In this document: positions 39,682 through 49,774 of the stretch, one piece after another
Numbering within the stretch: position 1 is the first letter of the stretch
Layout: each line of letters begins with the position of its first letter
Assembly: GCA_963745075.1 (NCBI GenBank)
Contig: CAVUWV010000017.1
Location: 96,001 to 160,000 of the forward strand
DNA: 64,000 nt
Source: Candidatus Hydrogenedentota bacterium
GTDB taxonomy: Bacteria > Hydrogenedentota > Hydrogenedentia > Hydrogenedentales > SLHB01
Reading direction: 5' to 3'
Program-made: the position numbers and the translations under genes
Notes under the pieces: model-generated
Told to the model about the DNA's origin: nothing
The model's database searches: none
Seen by the model: only the letters and a program-made list of their open reading frames with translations

Positions 39682-42204
39682 ATGCAAGAGGAAGAAATGG
39701 ATACACCGACCGAACGAGTTGTGCCAATCGCCATCGAGCAGGAAATGAAAACATCGTTCATGGATTATTCCATGAGCGTAATCGTGAGCCGCGCGCTTCC
39801 GGACGTGCGCGACGGGTTGAAGCCCGTGCATCGTCGAATCCTCTACGCCATGCACGAACTGGGCCTCGTACACAACCGCGGCTACCGCAAATCCGCCGCC
39901 ATCGTCGGCGAGACCATGGGGAAATACCATCCCCACGGCGACCAGGCGCTGTACGACACACTCGTGCGCATGGCGCAACCCTGGTCCATGCGGTATCCCC
40001 TTATCGACGGACAGGGAAACTTCGGATCCATCGACGGCGATAGTCCCGCCGCCATGCGGTACACGGAATCGAGAATGTCCGCGATCACCGCCGAAATGCT
40101 GGCCGATATCCAGAAGAATACGGTCGACACCCAGGACAACTACGACAGCACCCAGCAGGAACCCACCGTACTTCCTTCGGCCATTCCCAACCTGCTCGTG
40201 AACGGCTCCTACGGGATCGCCGTGGGCATGGCCACGAGTTGTCCCCCGCACAACCTGACGGAAGTGTGCGACGCCGTCGTGCACCTCATTGACAATCCCG
40301 AAGCGAAGACCAAGGATCTAATGCGCTTCGTGCGCGCGCCGGATTTCCCGACCGGTGGCATCATCTACGGCTCCGAAGGCCTGACGCAGGCCTACCGCAC
40401 GGGGCGCGGTCGCGTCATCGTTCGCGCAAAGGTTTCCATCGAACATGATGAGACCAGCGGAAAAGATCGCATCATCGTTCACGAGATTCCCTATCAGGTC
40501 AACAAAGCCCGCGTCATCGAGAATATCGCGGACCTCGTGCGATCCAAGTCCATCGAAGGCATTACGGACCTGCGCGATGAATCCGACCGGGACGGCATGC
40601 GCATCGTCATCGAGATCCGCAAAGGCGATGAACCCCAGGTCATCCTGAACCAACTGTACAAACACACGCAGATGCAGGACACGTTCAGCATTCTGATGCT
40701 GGCCCTGGTAAACAATCAGCCGCGGGTCCTATCGCTGGTCGAAGTGGTCCAGTACTACATCCTGCATCGCTCGGAGATCGTGAAGCGGCGAACCGAGTAC
40801 GATCTCGCCCAGGCCGAGGCCCGCGCCCATATCGTCGAAGGCCTGCTCAAAGCCATCGACCATATCGATGAAGTCATCGCCATTATTCGCGGATCCGACG
40901 ACGCCGATATCGCCCGCGAACGGCTGAAAGAGCGGTTCGAATTCTCGGAAGTGCAAGCCAACGCCATTCTCGCCATGCGTTTGCGCCGTTTAACGGGGCT
41001 GGAACGCGAGGAACTGGAAAAGGAATATACCGACCTGCTCAAACAGATCGAGATGTACCGGCAGATCCTTTCCAGCGAAAAGACCATTCTTGCGGAGGTT
41101 CGCAAAGAAATCCTGGCCGTCAAAGAGAAATACGGCGACGCGCGCCGAACCCAAATTCTCGCCGAGCGGTCCGAGTTCAGCGTCGAAGATTTTATTGCCG
41201 ACGAAGACATGGTCGTGACGATTTCGAACCAGGGCTACATCAAACGCGTTCCCGTGAGCGCCTACCGGAAACAGCGTCGCGGTGGCCGCGGCGTCACCGG
41301 GATGGAAACGAAAGAAGAGGATTTCGTGAAAGACCTCTTCATCGCGTCGGCCCACGAGTATTTGCTCTTCTTTACGAATCAGGGCCGCGTGTATTGGCGC
41401 AAGGTACACGAGCTGCCAAAAGCCAGCCGGACCGCCAAAGGGCGCGCCATCGTGAACGTCCTCGACCTGACCGGCGAGGAAATGGTAACGGCCAGTTTGC
41501 CCGTACGCGATCTTGACGAAGACGGAAAGTTCGTCTTTATGGTGACGGAAAAAGGCGTTGTCAAGAAGACCGCCTTGAAGGCGTTTAGCAATCCGCGTTC
41601 GACGGGGATCATCGCGCTGGATCTCGATAAAGACGACACCTTGATGGAGGTGTCCATCACGTCCGGAGAAGATAACATCCTCATCGCGACCTACCTCGGG
41701 ATGTCCATCCGGTTCCCCGAGAAAGATGTCCGCGCCATGGGCCGGACCGCGCGCGGCGTCATCGGCATCCGCATGGCGAAAGGCGACCGCGTGATCGGCG
41801 TTTCCATCGCCGATGACGACATGACCGTGCTCAGTGTAAGCGAGAACGGTTATGGCAAACGCACCAAAGTCGGCGAGTACCGGCTCCAACACCGCGGGGG
41901 CCAGGGCATCATCAACATCAAAACCACGGAGCGCAATGGCAGCGTCGTCGGCATGATGACCGTCGACGACGGCGACGAAATCGTCGTAGTTAGTACCGAC
42001 GGAATTATCATCCGGACAGCGGTGAAGGACATTCGCACCATCGGTCGCAACACGCAGGGCGTCAAGATTATGACCCCGACCGCCGGCGCCAAGGTGAGCG
42101 CGGTAGCCCGATCCATTGCCGAAGAAAAGCAGGATCAGGTGGCGGACGAGGCAGCCGAACTTGCTGGCAACGCCGACCCGGATGCCGCCTCCGAAGAAGA
42201 ATAG
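39682..42204 (+). CDS. gyrA: DNA gyrase subunit A
   Basis: [28 protein letters not shown] catalytic Tyr, GyrA-box QRRGGRG, C-terminal beta-pinwheel repeats. Confidence 0.97.
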   Translation: MQEEEMDTPTERVVPIAIEQEMKTSFMDYSMSVIVSRALPDVRDGLKPVHRRILYAMHELGLVHNRGYRKSAAIVGETMGKYHPHGDQALYDTLVRMAQPWSMRYPLIDGQGNFGSIDGDSPAAMRYTESRMSAITAEMLADIQKNTVDTQDNYDSTQQEPTVLPSAIPNLLVNGSYGIAVGMATSCPPHNLTEVCDAVVHLIDNPEAKTKDLMRFVRAPDFPTGGIIYGSEGLTQAYRTGRGRVIVRAKVSIEHDETSGKDRIIVHEIPYQVNKARVIENIADLVRSKSIEGITDLRDESDRDGMRIVIEIRKGDEPQVILNQLYKHTQMQDTFSILMLALVNNQPRVLSLVEVVQYYILHRSEIVKRRTEYDLAQAEARAHIVEGLLKAIDHIDEVIAIIRGSDDADIARERLKERFEFSEVQANAILAMRLRRLTGLEREELEKEYTDLLKQIEMYRQILSSEKTILAEVRKEILAVKEKYGDARRTQILAERSEFSVEDFIADEDMVVTISNQGYIKRVPVSAYRKQRRGGRGVTGMETKEEDFVKDLFIASAHEYLLFFTNQGRVYWRKVHELPKASRTAKGRAIVNVLDLTGEEMVTASLPVRDLDEDGKFVFMVTEKGVVKKTALKAFSNPRSTGIIALDLDKDDTLMEVSITSGEDNILIATYLGMSIRFPEKDVRAMGRTARGVIGIRMAKGDRVIGVSIADDDMTVLSVSENGYGKRTKVGEYRLQHRGGQGIINIKTTERNGSVVGMMTVDDGDEIVVVSTDGIIIRTAVKDIRTIGRNTQGVKIMTPTAGAKVSAVARSIAEEKQDQVADEAAELAGNADPDAASEEE

Positions 42205-42240
42205 CGGTAAGAACAATCTTGCAGACGTGTACGATTCAAA

Positions 42241-42275
42241 GTGCCCGGCATGGTTGTGCCGGGCGCCTTTGTTGT
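42241..42275 (+). terminator. Terminator after gyrA
   Basis: GCCCGGCA-TGGTTG-TGCCGGGC followed by GCCTTTGTTGT. Confidence 0.5.
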
Positions 42276-42279
42276 GTAA

Positions 42280-43665
42280 TCAGACGACGATCGGTTTCCA
42301 GCGGGCGCGGCCAAAGACGTAGTGCGTGAGCAGGTACCGCGTGAAATGACTGATCAAAATCGCTTGCCAGATGGCGCCAGCTGTCAGTATGCCTAAAGAG
42401 TTATAGATCTGGCACACGCCCAGCAAGACGAAGATCTGCGTGACGATGGCGATCCACATGGGCTTTTGCGTCTGGCCCGCGCCAATCAAGCCGCCCGTAA
42501 ACGCGAGACCCGCCGAAAGGAAGATCCCGGAAATGGAAAGGTATCGGAGGAGGGATGTGCCGAATGCGACCACGTGCGGATCTCTCAAATTGAAGATCCC
42601 CAGAAAGAATTCCGCGTGGTTCCACATCGCTACGCCCCACACGAACGCCCACATTACCCCCAACACCGCGGCGACGCGCACGCCCGACTTGCCTCGTTCG
42701 CTTTTCCCCGCGCCAACGTTCTGTCCAACCAACGCCGCGGCCGCACTGCGCAACCCCAACGATGCCCACGTGACGAATGAAAAGAGCTGCGCATAGCAGA
42801 CCGTGTAGGCCGCCATAGCCTCCGACGCAAAGTCGAGCCGGTCGATGAAAACCACGATCCCGATTGCGCCGATGTTCAGGACAACGCCATTGATGGCCGT
42901 GGGGATTCCAATCCGCAGCACGGACTTCATGACACCCCAGTCGGGTCTCAAGGTCCAGCGGCGGGGTAGTTGAAGAATCAATCGGCCCCGATAGAGTAAG
43001 TATGCGGCGATGATGAGCCCTGGGATGGGAGCGAGGCACGTGCCCAAAGCCGCGCCCGCAGGTCCCATGGGCGGAAACGGACCGAGACCCGCAATGAAGA
43101 CAATGGTGAATAACACGTTGAGGATTACGCTCAAGACCACGAGCACGAGCGGAGTCCGCGGATCGCCGCTGGACTGCATCGCAGTGCCCATTAAGAAGTT
43201 GAAAGACAACGGTGCGCCGCAAGCGAACATCACCCGGAGATAAGGCAGGGCGTAATGTCTGACCTGGGGCTCGTCATTCACAATGAAGAGTAAGCGCAGA
43301 ATGTGCGGCGCGAGCCAGTATCCCAACGGCGCTACCACGAAGATCACCACATAAAATGTACACAATACCGTGTGATAGAGAACGTCGGACATGGCTTCCC
43401 GATTCTGCCGTCCGGCGTACTGCGCGATCATGACTCCCATGCCGTTAAAGAGGGAGGCTAAAGACACCACCACCACGAGGAAAAGGGTCCACGCCACACC
43501 AATCGCCGCATTGGCTTCGTGATGCTGTACATAATGACCCACCAGGATCTGATCCACCATCCCCGGGACACCGTTGATGAGGTTCATCAACACAATGGGC
43601 CACGACAGCTTCCACACGGAGCGGACGATGCTGCCTGACACCAGTTCCTCGTCGAATGGTTTCAT
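42280..43665 (-). CDS. MATE family efflux transporter
   Basis: About 12 TM; LSWP, VDQILVG, AAIG, GDPRTPL, GPAGAALGT, GQNVGAG. Confidence 0.88.
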   Translation of the reverse strand: MKPFDEELVSGSIVRSVWKLSWPIVLMNLINGVPGMVDQILVGHYVQHHEANAAIGVAWTLFLVVVVSLASLFNGMGVMIAQYAGRQNREAMSDVLYHTVLCTFYVVIFVVAPLGYWLAPHILRLLFIVNDEPQVRHYALPYLRVMFACGAPLSFNFLMGTAMQSSGDPRTPLVLVVLSVILNVLFTIVFIAGLGPFPPMGPAGAALGTCLAPIPGLIIAAYLLYRGRLILQLPRRWTLRPDWGVMKSVLRIGIPTAINGVVLNIGAIGIVVFIDRLDFASEAMAAYTVCYAQLFSFVTWASLGLRSAAAALVGQNVGAGKSERGKSGVRVAAVLGVMWAFVWGVAMWNHAEFFLGIFNLRDPHVVAFGTSLLRYLSISGIFLSAGLAFTGGLIGAGQTQKPMWIAIVTQIFVLLGVCQIYNSLGILTAGAIWQAILISHFTRYLLTHYVFGRARWKPIVV

Positions 43666-43931
43666 TTCGTATTCCGATGAATTGCGTCGCCGCCAACGGG
43701 CGCGGGCGTTCGGCCGACGCCTCGGGTGGGTATCCCTGCTACAGAGTCCATCACATTTGGCCGATCGCTGGGAACGCCGGACTATACCACGTTTTGACCG
43801 GCGTTCTCATTTCCGCCGCAAGCCACGAATCTCCGTCGCCGGCCATTCGCGAAACGTGACACCAATTCTCGCGGACATCTGCTATGATGGTATCGGGCGT
43901 GGCACACGCTGGGTCGTGGGAATTCGTTGCG

Positions 43932-44231
43932 ATGGATCACCAATTGTTCGCCTACGGAACGCTTCTAAGCGCGTCGGTTCAACGCGCGGTCATCGGCCGT
44001 GCCGTCTCGGGCGAGACTGCGGAACTGACCGGGTTTCGCAAGACCACCCTCCAAGATGGTGATGAAGTATTCCCCAACCTTGTTCCCGCACCCGGCGAAA
44101 CCGTTTCCGGCCAAGTGTTTGAAATCACCGAGTCCGAATTGTCCCGCGTCGATCGCTATGAAGGCGACCTCTACGCCCGCCACCGTGTGACGCTGACGGA
44201 CGGCCGCGAAGTTTGGGTCTATTACTCCTGA
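43932..44231 (+). CDS. Gamma-glutamylcyclotransferase (AIG2-like) family protein
   Basis: LFAYGTL, VSGQV, DRYEG..Y.R, WVY. Confidence 0.85.
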   Translation: MDHQLFAYGTLLSASVQRAVIGRAVSGETAELTGFRKTTLQDGDEVFPNLVPAPGETVSGQVFEITESELSRVDRYEGDLYARHRVTLTDGREVWVYYS

Positions 44232-44235
44232 ATCC

Positions 44236-45726
44236 CTAACGCTTCAAGAGTAGCAATCCGTCCAGCCCGAAGTAATACCCCGCCGAGTCCACATTCTTGC
44301 CCACGTTGCGCACCGTCAGCGTGTGGGTCCCCGCGCCCAACTTGCGCGGGGGCATCTGGCGCTCGCGTGTGACCACCGTCGGATGGTACTGATCGATCGG
44401 CGTGCCCAGGGGAGCCCCATCCAATTCGTACTGAAAGATTCCGTAATCATGCGAAAACGTCATGATGAGCACGATGGTGTATGTGTTCTCTTCCGTCACT
44501 TCAAACGGAATACTTATGCTCTGATTCGCCTCGGTTGGCGTCCAGAACAACTGGGCGCCACCGCTCCAGGCGCCGCCCTCCTGCTTCGACAGGGGTCCCG
44601 CAGTGGCCGCCGTCTTGTCCAGGAGACCCTCCGCCTCCAGCGTATTGCTGAAATCGTAGTAAAGCCTATCGTATCCCACCGGCATCGCCGGATAGGCCTT
44701 GTGCGGTTCAAGCTGGTACCAGAACGCCACGGAAGAATCGTCGTCGGGCCGCTCGCCGTACCCGGACGTCATCTTGTCGTTCTCATCGAATACGGGACCG
44801 ACGTGCTCGATTTCCACGCGCAGGGATTTCGTAAACGTCACGGGATCGGTGATGTGCCAGCGATACACCGACGTCCGATCCCCGCGCTTGAATCCCTCGA
44901 ACAAGGGCGCGCCGTAAAACGAACCGGATTGCACCCGGAAGCCCCAACCGTCGCAGAAGTAATCCTCCGTGCCCGTGCCGCGAAGGCTGGGTTCGTTCTC
45001 CCCATCAATGTAAAAGAAGTCGTCTCCTTCCCCAAACCAACTCGGCATGTTCTGCCGGCAGTTCAGTACCGTTCCGACATAGTGGCCGCGCCCCGCGATG
45101 TCCGCAATCAGGTACCGTTGCCCCATGGTGGCGGGAAACTCCTGGCGGTACATCGCATGAAAGTACGCCGTCTTCCTGGGGAGTTTTGGTAGTTTTTGCC
45201 AATCGACGTAGTAGTAGAACGCATCTGTTCGCAGCCGTCCCTCATTCGTGACGGTGATCTTCGCCGACTTCTTGAACGGCATCGGCCAATAGCAGTTCCG
45301 GCCGCGGCCATCCGACGTCACGCGCACAGGAAGCGAGTCAAAGGGGATGTCCAAACCGTGTCCAATCCCGAAGAAATCGCCGATCGGCGCTTCAACGGAC
45401 GGATGCTCTTCGCCGTCCCAATACATGCGCAACACGAGGAGCCGCGAATAGCCGCGCTCTTTTGACGCGATGGTATTCCAGATGTGATTGATGACGCCCG
45501 GCCCTTCCAGTTCCGCCACGACCAGCGTGTCGCCCGGTTCGATGGGGCGCGCGTCCCCATTGCCGCCTTGCCAATTGGGATCGCTGGACGACGCCCGCAT
45601 CGTGTGGCCTTCCTTTAGCGTGGCGAGATCGTTCAGAGGGCCGTTGAAGAGCCCTTCTGCCCACACGGAAGTGGCGAATACTGCGGCCAAGAGTGCTGTT
45701 CCGAAATATCTCCCAATCGTACGCAT
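44236..45726 (-). CDS. Secreted DUF2961 / glycoside hydrolase family 172 protein
   Basis: Signal peptide; GPGVINHIW, MYWDGEEHPSVEAPIGDFFG, NCYWPMPF, WFGEGDD, GTGTEDYF, YRWH, SVAFWYQ; C-terminal CBM-like EAE domain. Confidence 0.85.
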   Translation of the reverse strand: MRTIGRYFGTALLAAVFATSVWAEGLFNGPLNDLATLKEGHTMRASSSDPNWQGGNGDARPIEPGDTLVVAELEGPGVINHIWNTIASKERGYSRLLVLRMYWDGEEHPSVEAPIGDFFGIGHGLDIPFDSLPVRVTSDGRGRNCYWPMPFKKSAKITVTNEGRLRTDAFYYYVDWQKLPKLPRKTAYFHAMYRQEFPATMGQRYLIADIAGRGHYVGTVLNCRQNMPSWFGEGDDFFYIDGENEPSLRGTGTEDYFCDGWGFRVQSGSFYGAPLFEGFKRGDRTSVYRWHITDPVTFTKSLRVEIEHVGPVFDENDKMTSGYGERPDDDSSVAFWYQLEPHKAYPAMPVGYDRLYYDFSNTLEAEGLLDKTAATAGPLSKQEGGAWSGGAQLFWTPTEANQSISIPFEVTEENTYTIVLIMTFSHDYGIFQYELDGAPLGTPIDQYHPTVVTRERQMPPRKLGAGTHTLTVRNVGKNVDSAGYYFGLDGLLLLKR

Positions 45727-45913
45727 ACGAACCCCCTCTCCGAATCCGGTTCATTGTGAATGCCCTGGATTCCGCCAGCATGCGAAAGCATCGCGGAGGT
45801 TGTCAAGACGCACGTAACCGCGAAAGACGGCAATCGGTGGACTCAACCCCGGAATTTCTGCTACGATCCGTCCCTTACAAAAGCAACAATCGTTTGCAGC
45901 CCAAGTGCCTTGC

Positions 45914-46005
<92 letters not shown>

Positions 46006-46079
46006 CTATGCTCTTGCGTTCCCTGTCCTGATATCCGCGTCGTGTTTACCCGCAATCGCTAATCAAATCTCGTCGGTTT

Positions 46080-46108
46080 TTGACACCCCGAAAACGCTTG
46101 TCTATACT
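46080..46108 (+). promoter_or_regulatory. Near-consensus sigma70 promoter for the sucrose operon
   Basis: TTGACA-17 nt-TATACT. Confidence 0.75.
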
Positions 46109-46269
46109 GATTTCTCATGACTTCTGAAGTATATGCGGCCGCGGTGTACGGCCAGCATTTCGACCCGCAACCGCATGACCCGTGCAGTGCGCCGTCCCTT
46201 CGAACCTCCAGATTGTCCCGCCGCTGCAACGGGCGTTCACGAATACGCTGAATCCCGGAGTACCGCGTA

Positions 46270-47262
46270 ATGAGCGACCAAATTCGTTGGGGAATACTGG
46301 GTACCGGTGATATCGCCCGTCAGATGGCCGAGGATCTCCGCTCGGTTTCCGCAGCGGAACTGCGCGCCGTGGCGTCCCGCACGGCCGAACGGGCTGGGCA
46401 ATTCGCGGATGCCCACGGCATCCCCGTCCGTTATGGCAACTACCAAGCCCTCGCCGCCGATCCCAACATCGATGTGATCTACATCGCGACGCCGCATGTC
46501 CGGCACTGTTCGGATACCCTCATGTGCATCGAGGCGGGCAAGGCCGTTTTGTGTGAGAAACCCCTGGCGATCAACGCCCTGGAAGCCCAGCGCATGGTGG
46601 ACGCTGCGAAAGCGGCGAACGTTTTTCTCATGGAAGCAATGTGGACGGCATTTTTCCCCGCCGTCCAGTGGGCGCTTGGCGCCATCGAGGACGGTGTGAT
46701 TGGCACGCCGCGTTTCGTATCCGCCGATTTCTCGTATAAGGCTACGTTGGGACCGGAGAGCCGACTGTTGAACAAGGAACTGGGCGGCGGCGCGCTGCTC
46801 GACATCGGCATCTACCCGGTGGCGCTGGCGGATATGGTGTTTGCCGTGGAGCCGGAGCGGATCCAGTCCACGTGGATGCAAGGCGAGACGGGGGTAGACG
46901 TTGCCAGCGCCGTGGTGTTTGACTATCCCGGCCGCGGCCGCGCGGTCCTGAGTTCCTCACTCGAGTATTTCGCGCCCCAGGACGCGGTCATCGCAGGAGA
47001 CGACGGATATATCGTTTTGCGTGACAAGTTCTCGCAACCCGACCGATGCCGCATCGTCGACCATGGCAATGTCACCGACCGGGTTTTCGATCGTGAAGGC
47101 TATGGGTATCATTACGAAGCCTCGGAAGTTGTGGACTGTCTCAAGAACGGGCGTACGGAGAGTATCCGTGCACCACTCGAAGCGTCGCTCCGGGTGATGA
47201 AGATCCTTGATCGTATTCGGGCGGATTGGGGCTTGCGTTACCCCAACGATACTATGGCCTAG
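46270..47262 (+). CDS. Gfo/Idh/MocA family oxidoreductase
   Basis: WGILGTGDIA, YIATPH, VLCEKP, FLMEAMW, GGGALLDIGIY. Confidence 0.9.
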   Translation: MSDQIRWGILGTGDIARQMAEDLRSVSAAELRAVASRTAERAGQFADAHGIPVRYGNYQALAADPNIDVIYIATPHVRHCSDTLMCIEAGKAVLCEKPLAINALEAQRMVDAAKAANVFLMEAMWTAFFPAVQWALGAIEDGVIGTPRFVSADFSYKATLGPESRLLNKELGGGALLDIGIYPVALADMVFAVEPERIQSTWMQGETGVDVASAVVFDYPGRGRAVLSSSLEYFAPQDAVIAGDDGYIVLRDKFSQPDRCRIVDHGNVTDRVFDREGYGYHYEASEVVDCLKNGRTESIRAPLEASLRVMKILDRIRADWGLRYPNDTMA

Positions 47263-47277
47263 CAACATGCAGAAGGA

Positions 47278-49758
47278 ATGGATGACCGCGACATGGCACA
47301 ACCAGCACCGGTAGAAACACCCATCGAAAGCACTAACGGCGACAGCATCAACGACTGGGCGACGTCGCTCGCCGCGCGTGCACGTCCGGTTGAATTGCTC
47401 GATCCCGCATTCGTTCCGGTTGCGAAGCGTTTCCTCATGGGGCTTCGCGAACGGGAAGGTGAAATTGTGCTTCGTGACCGCATCCATCGGGCGCTTATCG
47501 ACTTTCTCGAAACGGAAACTGACTCGGATCCCGAATTGACCAATGCCCTTCGGCGGGTGTTCCGGGGTTGCCAGGAGGTTTTCTACAGCTCCACCCATGT
47601 GTACGCGTTGTTACGGCCCCGTGTGGCCACCAAACGGATCGTGCGCCTGTATTTCGAGTCCGATCAGTTCGAAGAGGTAAGCCGGTATTACTTCCTGCAA
47701 GTAAAGGACGCCTACATTCAAGGGTGGGGGGAAGCTTGCCGGGCGGGGTTAGTTCTCGATTTTCGCCCGTTCTTCCATGAATACCCGAAGGTGCGGCAAG
47801 CGTCGGCCATGGGCAGCGGAATCTCCGTGCTGAACCGCCACCTCGCCGGGAAGATGCATCAGAATCCGGATCGATTTCGCAACGCGTTGGCGGACTATCT
47901 CCGGAGCTTTCAACTGGATCGCGTGAGTTTGCTCACCAACGACCGAATCACCTCCGGCGCCGTGCTGCAGGAAAAACTTGAGACCGTCGACGATTGGCTT
48001 TCCGAAGAAGATACCGAGCGCCCATACCGCGAAATCGCGGACCGCTTGCGCCGGCATGGTTTTGAACCCGGTTGGGGCGCTACGGCCGGCGCCGTCCTGG
48101 AGAGCCTGGGCGGAGTGTCGGAGGTGTTGGACTCGGCCGACCCGGAACGCCTGGAGCGGCTCCTAGGGCGGCTTCCCCTGACGCGTACCGTACTCATGGT
48201 GTCTCCGCACGGTTGGTTCGCTCAGAAAAACGTTCTTGGTAAGCCCGACACCGGCGGGCAGGTGACTTACGTGCTCGACCAGGCCCGCGCGCTCGAACGT
48301 GAAATGCGCGCGCGTTTTGTCGCGTGCGGCATCGACGCAAAACCCCATATCGCCATCCTGACGCGTCTCATCCCCGAATCCGAAGACACCTCGTGCCACG
48401 AGCCGCGCGAACATGTCGAGGGCAGCGAGAATTGTTGGATCATCCGCGTTCCCTTCAAATATTCGGACGGAAATATCCATCCCCACTGGGTGTCGCGCTT
48501 CCACATCTGGCCGTATCTCGAGGGATTTACCCTTGACGCGAAAGAAGCGCTCCTCATGGAATTCATGGCGATCCCCGATCTCATCATCGGTCACTACAGC
48601 GACGGAAACCTGGTCGCCCACCGCTTGGCCGGCGATCTCGGCACGACCCATTGCGCCGCCGTTCACGCGCTCGAAAAGACCAAGTACCTGATGAGTGACA
48701 TGCACTGGGCGGACATGGAAAGCGAATACCATTTCTCGTGCCAGTTCACCGCGGACATGATCGCCTACAACGCTGCGGACTTCATCATCTCCAGTTCCTA
48801 TCGCGAAATCGGCGGAACCGACACCGAAATGGGCATGTTCGAGTCCTACGAAACCTTTTCCATGCCGGGGCTTTACCGTGTAACCTCGGGAATGGATCCG
48901 CGGCTCGCCCGCTACAACATCGTGCCGCCCGGCGCCAGCGAAGAGTACTTCTTCCCATACACGAACAAAGAAGATCGCTGTGAAGCCGCAGCGGAAAAAC
49001 TTGGTTCGCTGCTTTTCGTCGCCGACGCGCCCGAAGGCTGCGTAGGCCGGCTGGCGAATCCCGACCTGCCGCCCGTGTTTGCCATGTCGCGTGTCGATCG
49101 GGTCAAGAATCTTCCGGGGCTAATCGAAGCCTACGGCCAGAGCGAAGCCCTGCGCGAATCGGCAAACCTCGTAATCATGTCCTCCATTACGCGCGTCGAA
49201 GAATCGAAGGACCAGGAAGAAATCGATCAGCTGCGCCGGATGTACGATTTGATCGACCACTACCAACTGGACGGCTCGATCCGCTGGTGTGCCGCCCGCC
49301 TCGACAAGGCCGAGACCGGCGAGATCTACCGCGTCGTCGCGGACCGCGGAGGCGTATTCGCTCAGCCCGCGTTCATGGAAACGTTCGGGTTGACCGTCAT
49401 TGAAGCCATGGCCTGCGGATTGCCCGTCGTCGTGACCTGCTTCGGCGGTCCGGCGGAAATCGTCGAGCATCGGCGCTCCGGCGAAGTGGTCGATCCCAAT
49501 AACATGGAGGCCACGGCCGACGCCTTGCGGCGAATCGTTACCCAAAACGACTTATGGCAGAACTACAGCCGGGAAGGAATCGAGCGCGTTCACCGGGCGT
49601 TTCATTGGAGAGCGCATGCCGAGCGCGTGCTGCGCCTGGCAAATACCTATTCGTTCTGGGATTATCTTGACGTTATGAACCGACAAGCCCTCGACCAGTA
49701 CATTCACACGCTCTACCACACGGTGTACCGCCCGCGCGCGGTCGAGGCACTAAGCTAA
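47278..49758 (+). CDS. Sucrose synthase (GT4)
   Basis: LDFRPF, LNRHL, SPHGWFAQKNVLGKPDTGGQVTYVLDQARALE, PDLIIGHYSDGNLVA, HALEKTKY, YHFSCQFTAD, ETFGLTVIEAMACGLP. Confidence 0.93.
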   Translation: MDDRDMAQPAPVETPIESTNGDSINDWATSLAARARPVELLDPAFVPVAKRFLMGLREREGEIVLRDRIHRALIDFLETETDSDPELTNALRRVFRGCQEVFYSSTHVYALLRPRVATKRIVRLYFESDQFEEVSRYYFLQVKDAYIQGWGEACRAGLVLDFRPFFHEYPKVRQASAMGSGISVLNRHLAGKMHQNPDRFRNALADYLRSFQLDRVSLLTNDRITSGAVLQEKLETVDDWLSEEDTERPYREIADRLRRHGFEPGWGATAGAVLESLGGVSEVLDSADPERLERLLGRLPLTRTVLMVSPHGWFAQKNVLGKPDTGGQVTYVLDQARALEREMRARFVACGIDAKPHIAILTRLIPESEDTSCHEPREHVEGSENCWIIRVPFKYSDGNIHPHWVSRFHIWPYLEGFTLDAKEALLMEFMAIPDLIIGHYSDGNLVAHRLAGDLGTTHCAAVHALEKTKYLMSDMHWADMESEYHFSCQFTADMIAYNAADFIISSSYREIGGTDTEMGMFESYETFSMPGLYRVTSGMDPRLARYNIVPPGASEEYFFPYTNKEDRCEAAAEKLGSLLFVADAPEGCVGRLANPDLPPVFAMSRVDRVKNLPGLIEAYGQSEALRESANLVIMSSITRVEESKDQEEIDQLRRMYDLIDHYQLDGSIRWCAARLDKAETGEIYRVVADRGGVFAQPAFMETFGLTVIEAMACGLPVVVTCFGGPAEIVEHRRSGEVVDPNNMEATADALRRIVTQNDLWQNYSREGIERVHRAFHWRAHAERVLRLANTYSFWDYLDVMNRQALDQYIHTLYHTVYRPRAVEALS

Positions 49759-49774
49759 ACCAGCAAGGAGATTC

